Program-made: the position numbers and the translations under genes
NCBI GenBank assembly: GCA_043228905.1
Contig: JBHGNT010000014.1
Coordinates: forward strand, 14,694,001-14,758,000
Length of the DNA stretch: 64,000 bases
Source: Azolla caroliniana
Taxonomy: Eukaryota; Plantae; Polypodiophyta
Reading direction: 5' to 3'
In this document: positions 13,541 to 26,280 of the stretch, piece after piece
Layout: every line of letters begins with the position of its first letter
Position numbering within the stretch: the stretch's first letter is position 1
The notes under the pieces: model-generated
What the model saw: only the letters and a program-made list of their open reading frames with translations
Databases searched by the model: none
Told to the model about the DNA's origin: nothing

Positions 13541-14851
13541 TTGAAGTGAGCTTTATCAAGCACCATCTCACATGAACATTTCTTTCCAAGTTAAATTATT
13601 GCTAGGTTTTGTGGATATAAAGGTCCAAGGTATTGCCACCAATGGCATGAGGTTCATTTACCTTCTACAAATTGGATTGTGATTCCCCGAATTATGTATA
13701 AGCCACCTTGTCAAGTCTTTCTGTAATAATCTCTCCTAACTAATGGGAAAGTAGCTTCTTTTTGTAAAAAAAAGTAAGTGTAATTTGAAAGCCCAAATTT
13801 TCTTTTCTTTTATAACTCCCTAGTACTCCAATGAACCTTATGTTCACAATATTTGTTTCCATTGTTTTGGATGTAATGTATATGTTTCATGTTTTTTTTA
13901 CTTGCACCTTGTAGGGGGTATGCATGGTAATGCGTTACTCTCTTTCGTGCAAACAAAAACCAAAGTTTCTTATCATGTTCTCTAACTGTAGCAAAATATT
14001 TCCAAAGTTTTCTTCTATCTCACCACATAGTATTTGCATTTGGTTACTTCTATAGTTCTTGAATAACATTGGTATGAGGGTTCATGTTGTATCCATCCAT
14101 ATAGAAATACGCTCCAAACACAATTTTATAGGAATAGATACAACTTGAGCAATCGTATCAATGTAATTCAAGAACTATAGAAGTAACCAAATGCAAATAT
14201 TGTGTACCATGATACAAATAAACTTTGCAAAAACTTTGCTAGAGTTAGAGAAGATTATAAGAAACTCTAGTTTTGGTTTGCAAAAAGAATATGATGTGAT
14301 AAACTCTGGTTTTCATCCGAAGTGTACTGCGTTTAGGAACCAAACTTGCCGCCCCTCTTATTGCCAATGTGTCTTTGAAGGTAGGTCCTCATCTTCATGT
14401 TAATTTTCTATTTTGGAAAAGTCTTGATTCCTCATGTTGTTTTATGCCGATTAATGAAATCCAAATTTAGATTTGATTGAAAATCAAAGCCTTCATCAAA
14501 GGTATATTCTTAGTTTTTGAAGGTGGTTCCATTTGCTTCAATTTTGCAATATGAACAAAGGTTCTCTTACAATTTTCATGAAAGATTAACGACTGTTTAG
14601 CTGAAGATACTTCCTTTCTACAACTAGATTTTGACTTCACATTCTTGGAGACCCTTTCACTATTGCGAAAGATGTGCGGAGTAAACAATGTTTACTTCAT
14701 TCGTTCTTTACATAAGTTCTTACTTTTGGTGTGCTCCATGCAATAGGTCTCGATGTCTCGATTGTATTAATTTGACACTAGAAGACGAGGGTGGTTAAAA
14801 TGTTTGTATTTTGAAATAAAGACGCACGCGTGCCTGTCTTGGGTGTTCGAA

Positions 14852-14946
14852 GGACTCGAATGTTCCCACGACTTGAAGGCTCGGAGGACTCGAAGGCTCA
14901 GAGGACTCGAATACTCGGAGGACTTGAACGTTACCAAGGACTCAAG
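14852..14946. repeat. Short GACTCG(A/G)A repeat cluster, possibly a DNA-transposon subterminal region
   Basis: About 8 copies of gactcgaa/ggctcgga/gactcaa. Confidence 0.5.
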
Positions 14947-15474
14947 CATAGACGATACGAATGTAGATGATGAAAATCCCGTGGTTAACAGTTAACACAT
15001 GAGATTAGCATACTAAACACCCAAATTTTAATGCCCAAAACATACTATTAGACAAACTTGAGAGATTTCATACATATTCTGAGCTGGCTCTTCCAAAATA
15101 ACACCACAAATGCGGTGGCTTTTACAATGTAAAGGAAGATAAACAAAATAAATAGGAAGTGGGAAAATGATTAAACGATTTGGAGCTTCCAGTGTGAAGG
15201 TGAGTTTAGTGGTCCGCCAAGACCATGACTACTACTGATGGGTACGAAGCCTCGGTGTTCGAGTACTGTCCACGGGCCACTCCATGCTCCCTTCAAAGGG
15301 TTGGAAAGAAAACTAGTTGAATCCCTTCGAGAAACTGTTGACGCTTAACGAGCTGTGTGATGATGAAGATAATAAGTGGAAGAAGAGGTAGTTAAGAACA
15401 AGGAACACTAGGACAATTGAAACAGGTAATATGTCACATTTTTGAGAACTGTTCATAAAAAAAGGGCACAATAG

Positions 15475-15633
15475 GTCGATTCACAAAAAGGGGTGCCGCA
15501 TCCGTAAAGGATTTTAAAAAATGACCCAAAAATATATTGATTTCTAACATGTTTGAAATTTTAGGACTTGCCAAAAATGCCTATTAAATAATGGACATGA
15601 CAAACCTATATTTATACAAATTCGTGAATCGAC
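15475..15633. repeat. 10-bp inverted repeat GTCGATTCAC...GTGAATCGAC just 3' of the transposase-like gene; candidate element terminus
   Basis: gtcgattcac at 15475-15484 and gtgaatcgac at 15624-15633. Confidence 0.45.
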
Positions 15634-17086
15634 ATTTTGATGTACAATACAATATCTACAATTCAAGTATAAGAACTATGGCTTTCCAAGTCTATGCCAT
15701 CATTTTCAGACCCATCAGATGAACTAGTGGGAGTTTGTGAGGTCTCATCCTCATCATCACCGACAACTAATTCACCATCTTCATCCAATTGCAATCCAAC
15801 CACACCGTGGTTATGAGACATGCTTCTTGTTTGTCTTTGTGTTGTGTCTAGAGCCACATTTGGGATCTTCTGTTTTAGTATCTCGATTGTGGTCTGTGCA
15901 AATGACCTGTTTTGATCAAAGCGAAGTTGAATACACTAGTATGTCAACATTATCCAATGTGATTGTACATGTACTCGCGACATTCTTTCTTCTTAGCTTT
16001 CTACTTGTATGTTAAGATTCTATTACTAATCAGTAGTCCAAAAAAAAGTGAAAAGAAGGAAAATAGATTGGATAGAAGAACCCGTTCCATCCGATCACCC
16101 CCGAGCTATGATCTAGACATAGCCAACCTACCACCGATGTCCCATACCATTGGATATTAGGATGACTAATATCTTGGAAGAGATAACACAATCGCCAAGA
16201 AGAAAGCCTTGTTCGCGCCACCGCTGTCTAAGACAAAAACCTTCCAACGTAATGTCCTTATGAGGGTAGCTAAGCCTCATATTTATACCTCTTCCTAGGC
16301 CCCCTGAATAGATGTGCATTTCTAAAAGACTCTCCATTCATTAGTTGTCCAAATCATGATAGTGCATGCACCTATCATTCCTTCTATCCAATCACATTAG
16401 TCCCTTTTTAACATTAGTGAACATACCCTTCACTTATGTAAATATTAGTGACCTACCCTCACCTACGTTATGTGTATATAACATACTCCCCTACATCAAA
16501 ATATTGCACTCTTGCAATATAAAGTGAGGAAATTTTGCCTTAAGAGTATGCTCACGTTCCCATGTGGCATCATCAATAGGTTTATCCATCCATTTGATCT
16601 TGAATAGCTAAATCTCTTTAGAACGTAAAAGTTGAGTATGAGAATCAAGAATTCGTTCAAGAACATGAGTTTTGTAAGAAAAATCCTCTAATGTTACAAG
16701 ATCTTGGATTGTGATGTTGTTATCACCAGAGTCTAAAAATGTGAAAAACAGGATGAATACCAACGTTACGGGGTAAGGCAAGGTGATAAGTAGATGACCT
16801 AACTCACTTAAGGATTTCAAATGGGCTACAATATCGTGGGGCTAACTTAGCACTCTTGGCCGTAGACAATGACGTAGAGTTAATAGGGACACGCAAAAAA
16901 ACTTTTTGACCAATAGTAAATGCACGAGGATGTCTATCTCGATCATCATAAAATTGAGCATGATCTTGAGCTGTCCGAACATTTTCTTTGGCAATATGCA
17001 ACATTTGGTTCATGTCTTGAAAAAAATTGCGTCACATACTATCTAATGTATCACGATGAATCGTGACATCGACCGAGGCACGTTGG

Positions 17087-20000
17087 CGTGACGTGGCTCG
17101 CCTAGAAGCGTAGTGTTGCGCAGACAAAAGATAACGTGAAAGTGAGGAAGGGATCGTTGGGATTATGGACGGAAGAGACGAAAGAGTAGAGATGGAGTGA
17201 ATAGAGATCAATAAGATATGACAAGATAGGATTTTTAAGGAATATAAGATATGATAAGATAAGATATAAAATAATATTTGAGAAAATATATGAAATTTAT
17301 AATCATTTTCATGAAAGGGTTACAAAATGGTTGCAAGCATCGTTGAACCTTCAATTCTTGTCGCGCTAGGTAACCACCTTCCTCCTTCCTCTTTCTTAAC
17401 AGTAGACCATAATCTTCCCTTTAATCTCTCGACAAGTATAAGATTTAAGACTCGAACCACCGCCCTTCCGTTGCGAGTTGAGGTCCACAACCACCAAGCT
17501 AGTTCTTCTCTTCTCTTGAATATACCTTTCTCTCTCTCTTTCTCTATTATAATATATCTTTCTCTAGATCCAATATAATCCTCTCAATCTTATTTCTTGG
17601 GTCCTTTTGTCTATACTTCCTTCTCCTTTTATAGGGAAGAGATGGTTCTACATGTGGGCCATGTGGTGCACATGCAGAGAGGCTCTTGCATGTGTGCTAT
17701 ATGGTGCACATGTAGCACGTTTGATGGTTTAAACCATATAATACTACTTCAAATGAAAACAAAACAAATATTTATACACATTATAAGTATAGGCTAAATA
17801 GTAAGGTTTGAAAGCCATAAGGTTGAGGTTGTTCGTTCAAGTCTTCTTTTGCCCATGTAATCTGTTATATGGTGTGTATGTATTATATTACATGGTTTAG
17901 ACTATAAAATACTACTTCAAATCATATATTATTTTGTAAATTATTAGTATAGGCTTAATGGTAACCTTTGAGTGTCATAAGGTAGGGTTTATTAGTTCAA
18001 GTCCTCTCTTGTCCATGTAATATAATATATATATATATATATATTTGTCTCTACATATAATGTATAATATTATCATAGTATGTTATTAACATTATAGAGG
18101 TTTATTTTATTTTCATTATGTATTTATCTTATTGTAGACTTTTAATGTGAAGCTTTCGTACTTCACCACATCCACCCCCTCTAAACCTGCACATCGTCCG
18201 ACATGTGCCATTATCTTTCATCATCATGTTGATCTATTGGAGGAGGTTCAAGCTCAAACCTTTTCTTAAATACTTTTATCCTCTTTCCAGCTACCACATT
18301 TAGGATTAGTGTCCCATCCAATTCACTAAGCTTATAAGTAAAGTTATCATATACTTTTCTTACTATGTAAGGCCCAAACCATCTTTCAGTGAACTTGTGG
18401 ATGATGCTATGTTGATTATCTAAACTGCTATCATACACAAGCACCCAAATCCCCTTCTTCTATCTTCTTAGGTTGAATTCTATGAGTTTTATCAAAACGA
18501 ATTTTATTCTTCAATCGAGCCTCCAATCGTTGGGTTGCTAATTCTACATCGTTAGGTCGACGCTCTAATTGTTGAATTCGCAAAGCCAACAATTCTTCTC
18601 TGCTCAACTCTTCTCTCCATGGAATAGATGTCCATGACATAATTGACCGTTCTATTGGCATGGTGGGCTTTTGGCCAAGTATCAATTCAGCTAGCATATA
18701 TCTTGTTACCGAACTATGTGTTGTCCGATCTGCCCATAGTGCATACGGTAGCATGCGTGGCCAATCTCTTATTTTACCTTTACAACTTTTCACAATCTCC
18801 TTAACTATTGGGCTATGTCCTCTTTCAATCTTTCCATTGGCTTTTGGATTATACGCAGTTGTAAGCGATAATTTGACCCCTATCCGGCTGAAGAATTCTC
18901 TAGCTTCATCAGAGTCAAGTTCTCCTCTATCTGCAAATTATTTTACCAACACACCCATAACGACATATTACATCTTCTAACAAAAATTTACATACAACTC
19001 TAGTTGTTTTTTGTTGTAGTGGTCTTCCTTCTACTTGGTTTGTAAGGTCTTCTCTTGCTAGTACTAAATATCGTATTTGATCTTCCCTAAGTGGCATTGT
19101 CACTAGATCAACCATCCATTTATAATGCATTGATGATGAATATGTTGGTTTTAGCTCATCTCGATATTGAATAGTTGAATACCTTTGACATATTTCACAA
19201 GTTTCCACAAATTTCATTACATCTTTATACATATGTGGCCACCAATACTTTTCTTTTAACTTCGTAAATGTCGCCCATATGCCTCTATATCATGCCCACA
19301 AACTATCATGGAATTCAGTAATTAATTTTCTTTTAATATCATTCTTACAAATGACTCGAAGAGGATTTTCAGTTGGCCTTTTTGGATGCCTCCATAGATG
19401 CCCTTCATGTAAATTTTTTTTGAATGCTCTTCTTTGAAATTCATTTAGTTGTTTCTTTGACCATGATGGGTCAACTTCTTGAGTCTTTAAAATTTTTCCT
19501 ATTTCTAACCATTGACTTTCATACTCTGTGTCTTTGAACATTATACTTACATTAAACTCATTATGAGGTTTAATAGATACTTGATGAGCAACTTGATGGC
19601 TTGTAGTTGCCCAGTTCTTATCTTAAGTTTGCATTAGCTTTTCATTTATGAACCTTGCCCTTGACAATATATCTGCGACAGGGTTCTCTTTGCCCTTTAT
19701 ATGCCGCAATTCTGGGTTCATGGTTCTGATGTATGCAATCCACCGAAGCATTGCAATATCTGGTGTTGTGCAACTTGCTATCATTCTGATGAGTGGCAAA
19801 CAATCTGTTTCAACCACTACATCTGCTCCAATCAAGTAATCTCTATCTGTTTTTGGTGCAGTAAGCAAACCTCACAATTCTCAACTATCAAAACTTCATT
19901 CTGCCCAAAACTTGACTTTGTTCCTGATAGTGTCAAATGTACCTGCTCAAGCTTATTTAAAATACTTTCACAATCATTAATGTGATCCATCACAAACTTT

Positions 20001-20334
20001 CTGCAATAATAGTCTCATCTTTCTCTCTTTCTAAGCATCCTTTGATAGGAATATCATCTAAAAATGGCATAGTTACCTTTGGGATGTACTCATGTAGAAC
20101 CTTGTTCATTGCATTCATCATATGAGCAACTAAATTTGTCGCACCTTGAGGTAGAGTACACATTCGAACCAACCCAATTGGTGTTTTCATTGTTGTGATA
20201 TTGCGACTATCAATTGCTAGTTGAAATTGGTTGTATCCTGAATATAGGTCTCCCATAGAGTAAATTGCTCTCCCAGCAAAAGCTTCTGCAAATTCATCAA
20301 TGATCGACCCGATTCCTGCATTTCGGATTGTGAC
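17087..20334 (-). mobile_element. Ty3/gypsy G2 pol (RT, RNase H, integrase fragments) and 3' LTR (~17087-18170)
   Basis: GDLYSGYNQF..LPQGATN..FLDD (RT), VVETDCLPL..KENPVADILSR (RH), YLVLAREDLTNQVEGR and LPYALWADRTT (INT). PPT agagggggtgga at ~18171-18182. Confidence 0.85.
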
Positions 20335-21677
20335 GTTATCTTTTGTCTGCGCAACGCTACGCTTCTAGGTGAGCCACGTCACGACACAATCTGGTGAACC
20401 CGACGTGAAATGGGGAAGTAGAAGAGACCTCTAAAGTAAAGATCAACATCAACATGGCAAGTACGAGTACAATGGATCCGGTAAGGTTATTTATTGAAAA
20501 ATTGAATCAAGATCAATTATTTCATGCCTTACGAGAAGTCCAAGAGAAGATTGGTGTGTTTGATGGCACAAATATCTCAAAGTATGTCAATATATATTAT
20601 GATGAAATGGAAATATTTGGTGTGAATGATGTCAATATGATAGCAAACTTTTATAAATTAGTGGAAATGGAATTAAGAGATAGAATTCATGAAATACAAG
20701 CATTGCATAGTTTGGATTGGAATGCCTTAAAAGAAGCGCTTGTGTCTGAATATTCTCGTGAAGATTTCTCTCAAGTTACTATGCGTTCATTTCATGAATG
20801 GATCTTAAAAGAAGATAAAGGGTTATCTGTGGCTGACACAAAAAAAGATTTTGATAGGATGTATGGATACTTAAAGCCAGAAGAAAGAAATTCTTTGTCT
20901 TGGCAAAAGGTTGCTTTATTTTTCCAGGCAATTGACAAGAGATATAGAAAAGAATTGGAATTTATGCTTGAAGTGCCAAATACCGAGGATGGTATAATGA
21001 TAGATTGGAATGAGGTAACAAATGCTTGTAATAAATTTATGAAAAGAATGCAAAGGAATGGTGTAATGCTACAAATACCACATGTGGGAATCATGAATCA
21101 ACTTGATCAAAACATCGAAGTTCAAAGACATGGTCGAGAACCATCACACGAAATGGTGCATCAACCACGCAAAATGATCGGAACTAAGAGTGAGTCTTTT
21201 CTTGATGATTTCGTTCAAAGTATGAAAGATCTAACCATTAAAATGGCAAAGCTTGAGAATGGTCAAACTTTGAGGTCAAGGGAACCATTTCGACCCCGAT
21301 GTAGGTGGTGCGATAGTCTTGAACATCGTCTATGTCATTGTGAAGAATATAAAGACATGGAAAATCGAGACTTGGTGTATTGAAAAAATGGTAACATTTA
21401 TTTAACTGAAACTAGAAGTCCACTTACAAAAAACTTTGGTGAAGGTGGTGTTAAGGTTAAATTTGAAGAAGCTGAAGCAAAGAAGGCTTCCGCAATGTAC
21501 TACTTGGCAACGACAGGAATGTGCCTCAATGACATACCATCCTGATCATCATTCTGGGAGAAGGTTGTAAGTACTGCACAAAAGCAAAAGATAAAGATGG
21601 AAGACCTTCGTGTTGCCAGAGATTCTATAAGGAAAAACATTGGATGGGATGTTCCAGTAGATGTTATGATAGTCTTT
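20335..21677 (+). mobile_element. Inverted 5' part of gypsy G2: LTR end, tRNA-Trp PBS, gag
   Basis: 20335-20383 is the reverse complement of LTR sequence 17089-17137. PBS TGGTGAACCCGACGTGA at 20392-20408. gag ORF 20454-21383 (FDGTNISKY, CRWCDSLEH knuckle-like). Confidence 0.8.
20392..20408 (+). promoter_or_regulatory. Primer-binding site complementary to the 3' end of plant tRNA-Trp
   Basis: TGGTGAACCCGACGTGA matches the recalled tRNA-Trp end ..TCACGTCGGGTTCACCA. Confidence 0.7.
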
Positions 21678-21814
21678 GCTCTTAGTGTAAACTCTACTCG
21701 ACTGTCTAGTATTCTTGTTTCTAAAACTTTCTTTAAATATGTATCTTTTTCAATATTAGACATTAATTTGAATGAAGGACCATATTTACCTTTTTCGACT
21801 TTTGTGTCCATCTC

Positions 21815-24800
21815 TCAAAATTGGCATCGTGGGGAATTAGAATTGTTCACCGGTAAGCCTCATGGTCAAAGAGTGAAGTGTGATATAAAGACAAGACAAT
21901 TACTTTATTTCCCAGTTGGTAGACTAGAAGAAGAAGGGCAAGATGGTGTTGAAGAATTTTCAGATGAGAAATCCCTTTCTTTAAGTGAAGAGGATGAGGT
22001 TGACGATGAGTATGAGGAATTACACATAGGACTCGACCTATGTGGTATTGGGTTAGAACCCACCAAAAGTCAGCCCAATGTGCCCAAGGAGGAACTCATG
22101 GTAATGTTATCTCCTAATTTGACTGAAGAAGAGAGAAACCAATATTCCTTGTTATTTGATAAGTATCCTAAGTTGTTTGCTACAGAGTATACTCACATGA
22201 GGGGAACACATTCTGTGTTACACGAGATAAAGTTGCATAGCAATGCAATGCCAGTTCCTCAAAAACTCAGAAGGTTAGGCAATATAAGAAGAGAGATTTT
22301 GGAGGAAGAGGTAAGAAAGTTGTTGACTGTTGGATTTATTCGACGTGTAGATGATGCTGATTGGATATCCCAAGTGGTTATAGTGCCTAAGAAGAGTGGC
22401 AAGTGGAGAGTATGTGTGGATTTCAGACCTTTAAATGCGGCAACCAAGCGACATCATTACCCAATGCCTTTCCAAGATGAAATATTGGATGAAGTGGCGG
22501 GACATGAAAGGTATTCAATATGTGATGGTTTTTCTGGATATTTTCAAATAGAGATTGCACCCGAAGATCAAAAGTTGACTAGTTTCATCACTCCATGGGG
22601 TGTATTTTGTTACATTAGGATGCCTTTTGGGTTGATTAATGCTTATGCAACTTTTCAAGGATGGATGGATAGGTTGTTAAGTCCTTTCTTTGGAAAATTT
22701 GCAAGGTCATTTATGGATGACATAGGAATATATAGTGATAGAAAGAGTCATGTAGAAAAGCTTGATCAAATTTTTGCTAAAATAGATGAAGATGGAGGTC
22801 AATTGAATCCTAATAAGTGCAAAATTGCACATAATAAAATTATTCTACTTGGGCATGAAGCTAGTGCTAATGGGATTGCCCCTGATCCAAGTAAAGTAGA
22901 ATCTTTACTATTGATGGATGCTCCGACTTCTACAAAGCAATCGTTAAGCTTCGTTCAAAAGGTACGATATCTTTCACGTTCATTTCAAATGTTGGTAGAG
23001 TATATTCAACCACTAAAAAGAGCCTCAATGAGAGATCCATTTGTGTGGGGAAGAGTGGAGCAAAATGCCTTTGAAGAAGTAAAAGATAGATTGAGTACTC
23101 TACCCATCCTAATGCCACCTAATTGGGATCAACCATTCTATGTTAGTTTGAGTGTGGGTGTTGAAGCAGTAGGTGCAATATTAATGCAAAAAAGTATTAA
23201 GCAATCATATATGTGTCCAATATATTATATTAGTAGGAAGATGTCAATGGTAGAGAAGACTTGGACACAAGAAGAAAAACTTGTATGGGCATTGGTGTTC
23301 TCCCTCCAAAAATGGAAGTCGTATTTGTTAGGAAGAATCACAATAGTTTTAACTTCATGTGCTTTGCTCCCTCATATGTTAAGATTTCTAGGAGATAACC
23401 CACGTATGAAACGGTGGATAATGATTATACAAGAGTTTGAATTAAGTTTTATTAAAGAAGAAACTACTAGGTCTAAGATGGCGGATTTGCTTACCTATAA
23501 GGAGCTTGTGCCAACTAAGAATGTAAAAGAGATAGATGATCATGTCGAACCAATCAATGAATCTGAAATAATGTTGAAAAAATTTGAAGGGGTATTATAT
23601 TTTGATGGTGCTTTTAAGCAAAAAATAAAGATGGCAGGAATTGGATATGCTTTCATGAATAGAGAATGCCATGAGTTATGGAGTGGAAGTGATCACATTG
23701 AAGCAAATAGTCACAATGAGGCTGAGTATCTTAGCTTAATTCATGCCTTACAAGTATGCATGGAAAAAGGAATTAGAAGTTTGATGGTAAAGGGAGATTC
23801 ATTGTTGATTATAAGACAAATGCAGGGGGTGTGGAAGGTGCAGGGGGTGTGGAATTAGAAGTTCTTGGAATGTCAATTTCAGCATATCCCAAGAGATAAG
23901 AATGCAAGGGCTCATGAGCTAGCAAGCAAGATAGTAGCACAAGAAGTGGGAGTGCATGTTATAAATATGCCATCATACAAAGGTCGAGAGAGCCTAGAAG
24001 AGGAAGAATATGTTTTAAGGACAGGAAGGGCTAGAAAAGAGCTCCCATATCATAAGCGTCTTGCCGTAACACGTTGTGCACAAAGGTATGTGATAATAAA
24101 TGATGATCTTTATTTCAAAGATATAGATGGGGTGCTTAAACGTGTATTATGGCATGATGAGATTCAAGAGTGTTTGTCTATGTGTCATAAGGAAGAATGT
24201 GGAGGCCATTTTGGAATAGAATATACTAAAAGGAAAATCATGCAAACTCAAGTAACATGGGCAAGCATGTATAGGGATGTGATACATTGGTGTAGGTCAT
24301 GTCATGAATGTCAATTATATCAACAAAGAAGATTAATACTTGAACCTCCAGGGATGATTGTTAGCTATAAGTGGGGTTTAGATATCATTGTGCCATTACC
24401 GAGTTCTACTAGTGGCAAAGTATACATTATGTCAGCAGTAGAATATGTTTCATGATGGCCAGAAGCACGGGCTACGTGTATTGCAACAAGCAAAGAAATG
24501 GCAAGGTTTGTTTTTGAACAAGTAGTATGTAGATTTGGTGTGCCTTTGGAGTTAGTTACAGATAATGGTCCTGAATTTAGAGGAGATTCTATTAAAGATT
24601 TGGTAACTCATTTGGAGATTGCACATAAAAGAGCTACTCCATATCACCCACAATGTAATGGATTGGTGGAGTCCTTTAATGGGACTATACAGAAGCTATT
24701 GTTCAAGCTTGTGGACTTGTATCCACGGAGTTGGGATAAAGAGTTAAACAAAGCACTATGGGCATGTAGGACACATAAGCTTTCCACAGGTTTTACTCCC

Positions 24801-26280
24801 TTCCACTTAGTATATGGGAAGGATGCAATGATGCCTGCAAATGTGTTGTTTCCTTCTATTCAAATAATGGAGTGTTTAGGAGTGCATGATGAATTTCAAA
24901 TGGATGTACGAAAAGAAGCTATGCATGATTTATTTTGGAAAAGAGATGAGGCAATACATTTCTATGAAGACTTGTGTCAACGATGGGATAAAAGAAGTCA
25001 AGCACTAGCAAGGAAAAAAAACATGATGGAGGGTATGTTGGTCTTAATATATAATAGTTCCTTGGATAAGACTTTTCAAAGAAAATTCAAGCATAGGTGG
25101 GATGGACCTTATTTAATCCACAAGAGGTTTACCAATGGTAATCCATATGTAATCCATATGTAATCCATATGAGCTAAAGCTTATGGATGGGTCATTAATG
25201 AGAGAAAGGATCAATGGGGTGAGATTAAAGCCATATCATTTACGCATAATGAGTTCCTCAATGACAATGACTTCTTAAAGTATAAAGAATAAAATGTTTA
25301 CTTGTACATATTTATGAAATGTTTTTAGGTATTTGTTGCTCAAGATAAGGATAAGGTATATATAGAGGATATTGGTAGTTTACTAGTGTTCAATTAGAAA
25401 AAGCTTTGACTTTATCAAAGCTTTACTTGGAGGGGGCTAAAGTGTTGTGTTGTAAATACTTGTGCTCAACAAAGTGGTTGAAAGATAGTAAAATATGGAC
25501 ACAAGCTAGTTATGACACTTTAGGCATGATGGTGGATGCTTTAGTCGAAGGTAGATGTGAAGAATCAAGATGAATTGATGTGACATAATCAAAGAGTGCC
25601 TTTACAATAGGCAGTCAATGTTTTTGTTGTAATATTTCAAGGGAATATTGGGTTTCAATAAATAAACATTCTTTGGAAAGCTTGCTCGATGTGCTACAAA
25701 TGTCTAGAAGGGGTCGTGGATAGAATCAAGCGTCTTCATACCCAAAATAGAAGATCTATCGGTTACATGCAAAGGAAAGTGGTTGAAGTGTTACATGTGC
25801 GATACGTGGCAAGAAACATGCAAGAACTTTACAATTAAGCCCCTATTGTATATAAGTATGACTGTGAAAGCCTTGAGAATAGAATAGCCATAGAATATCT
25901 CTTGATGTAGTGTGTGTTTTTATATCTGTCTTCTTAATAAATACTCTATTTTCATTCTCCTTTCCTCCTTTCATAGATTATGATACATATCTTTGTTAAT
26001 TCCAATCTCCTATTTGTTGTACATGAATGATTATCATAAATTATTGTAAACCCTCTTTGGTGTAGTGAGAATATATATATATAATATTATCAACTCTTGA
26101 TATAGATCCTCCCCTTTCATATTTCTTCATTGATTGTCTTTGTCATACCCATTCATCTCTTTTTGTGTTTGTGGTCTTTCTTAAACTCAAAGATGTTGTT
26201 ATGGTGCCCTATGATGATGTACCTTGTGTGTTTCTAGATGTATTGTGCTAGAGTTTTGAGAGGCAAATTCTTGCGCAACA
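21815..26280 (+). mobile_element. Tat-like Ty3/gypsy G3, 5'-truncated: RT, RNase H, second (archaeal-like) RNase H, integrase, PPT, 3' LTR (~25443-26280)
   Basis: WRVCVDFRPLN, DGFSGYFQI, MPFGLIN, FMDD (RT). YFDGA..NEAEY..KGDSLLIIRQ (second RH). CGGHFG..CRSCHEC, TDNGPEF, PQCNGLVE (INT). PPT ggagggggc at ~25429. Confidence 0.88.

Noticed and set aside
14040-14760. hAT transposase remnant
   Set aside because: Only vague motif hints; cannot be supported without a translated search.
21597-23858. 753-aa ORF as a single polyprotein
   Set aside because: The N-terminus is G2 gag plus an inverted G2 piece read into G3 pol, so it is chimeric.
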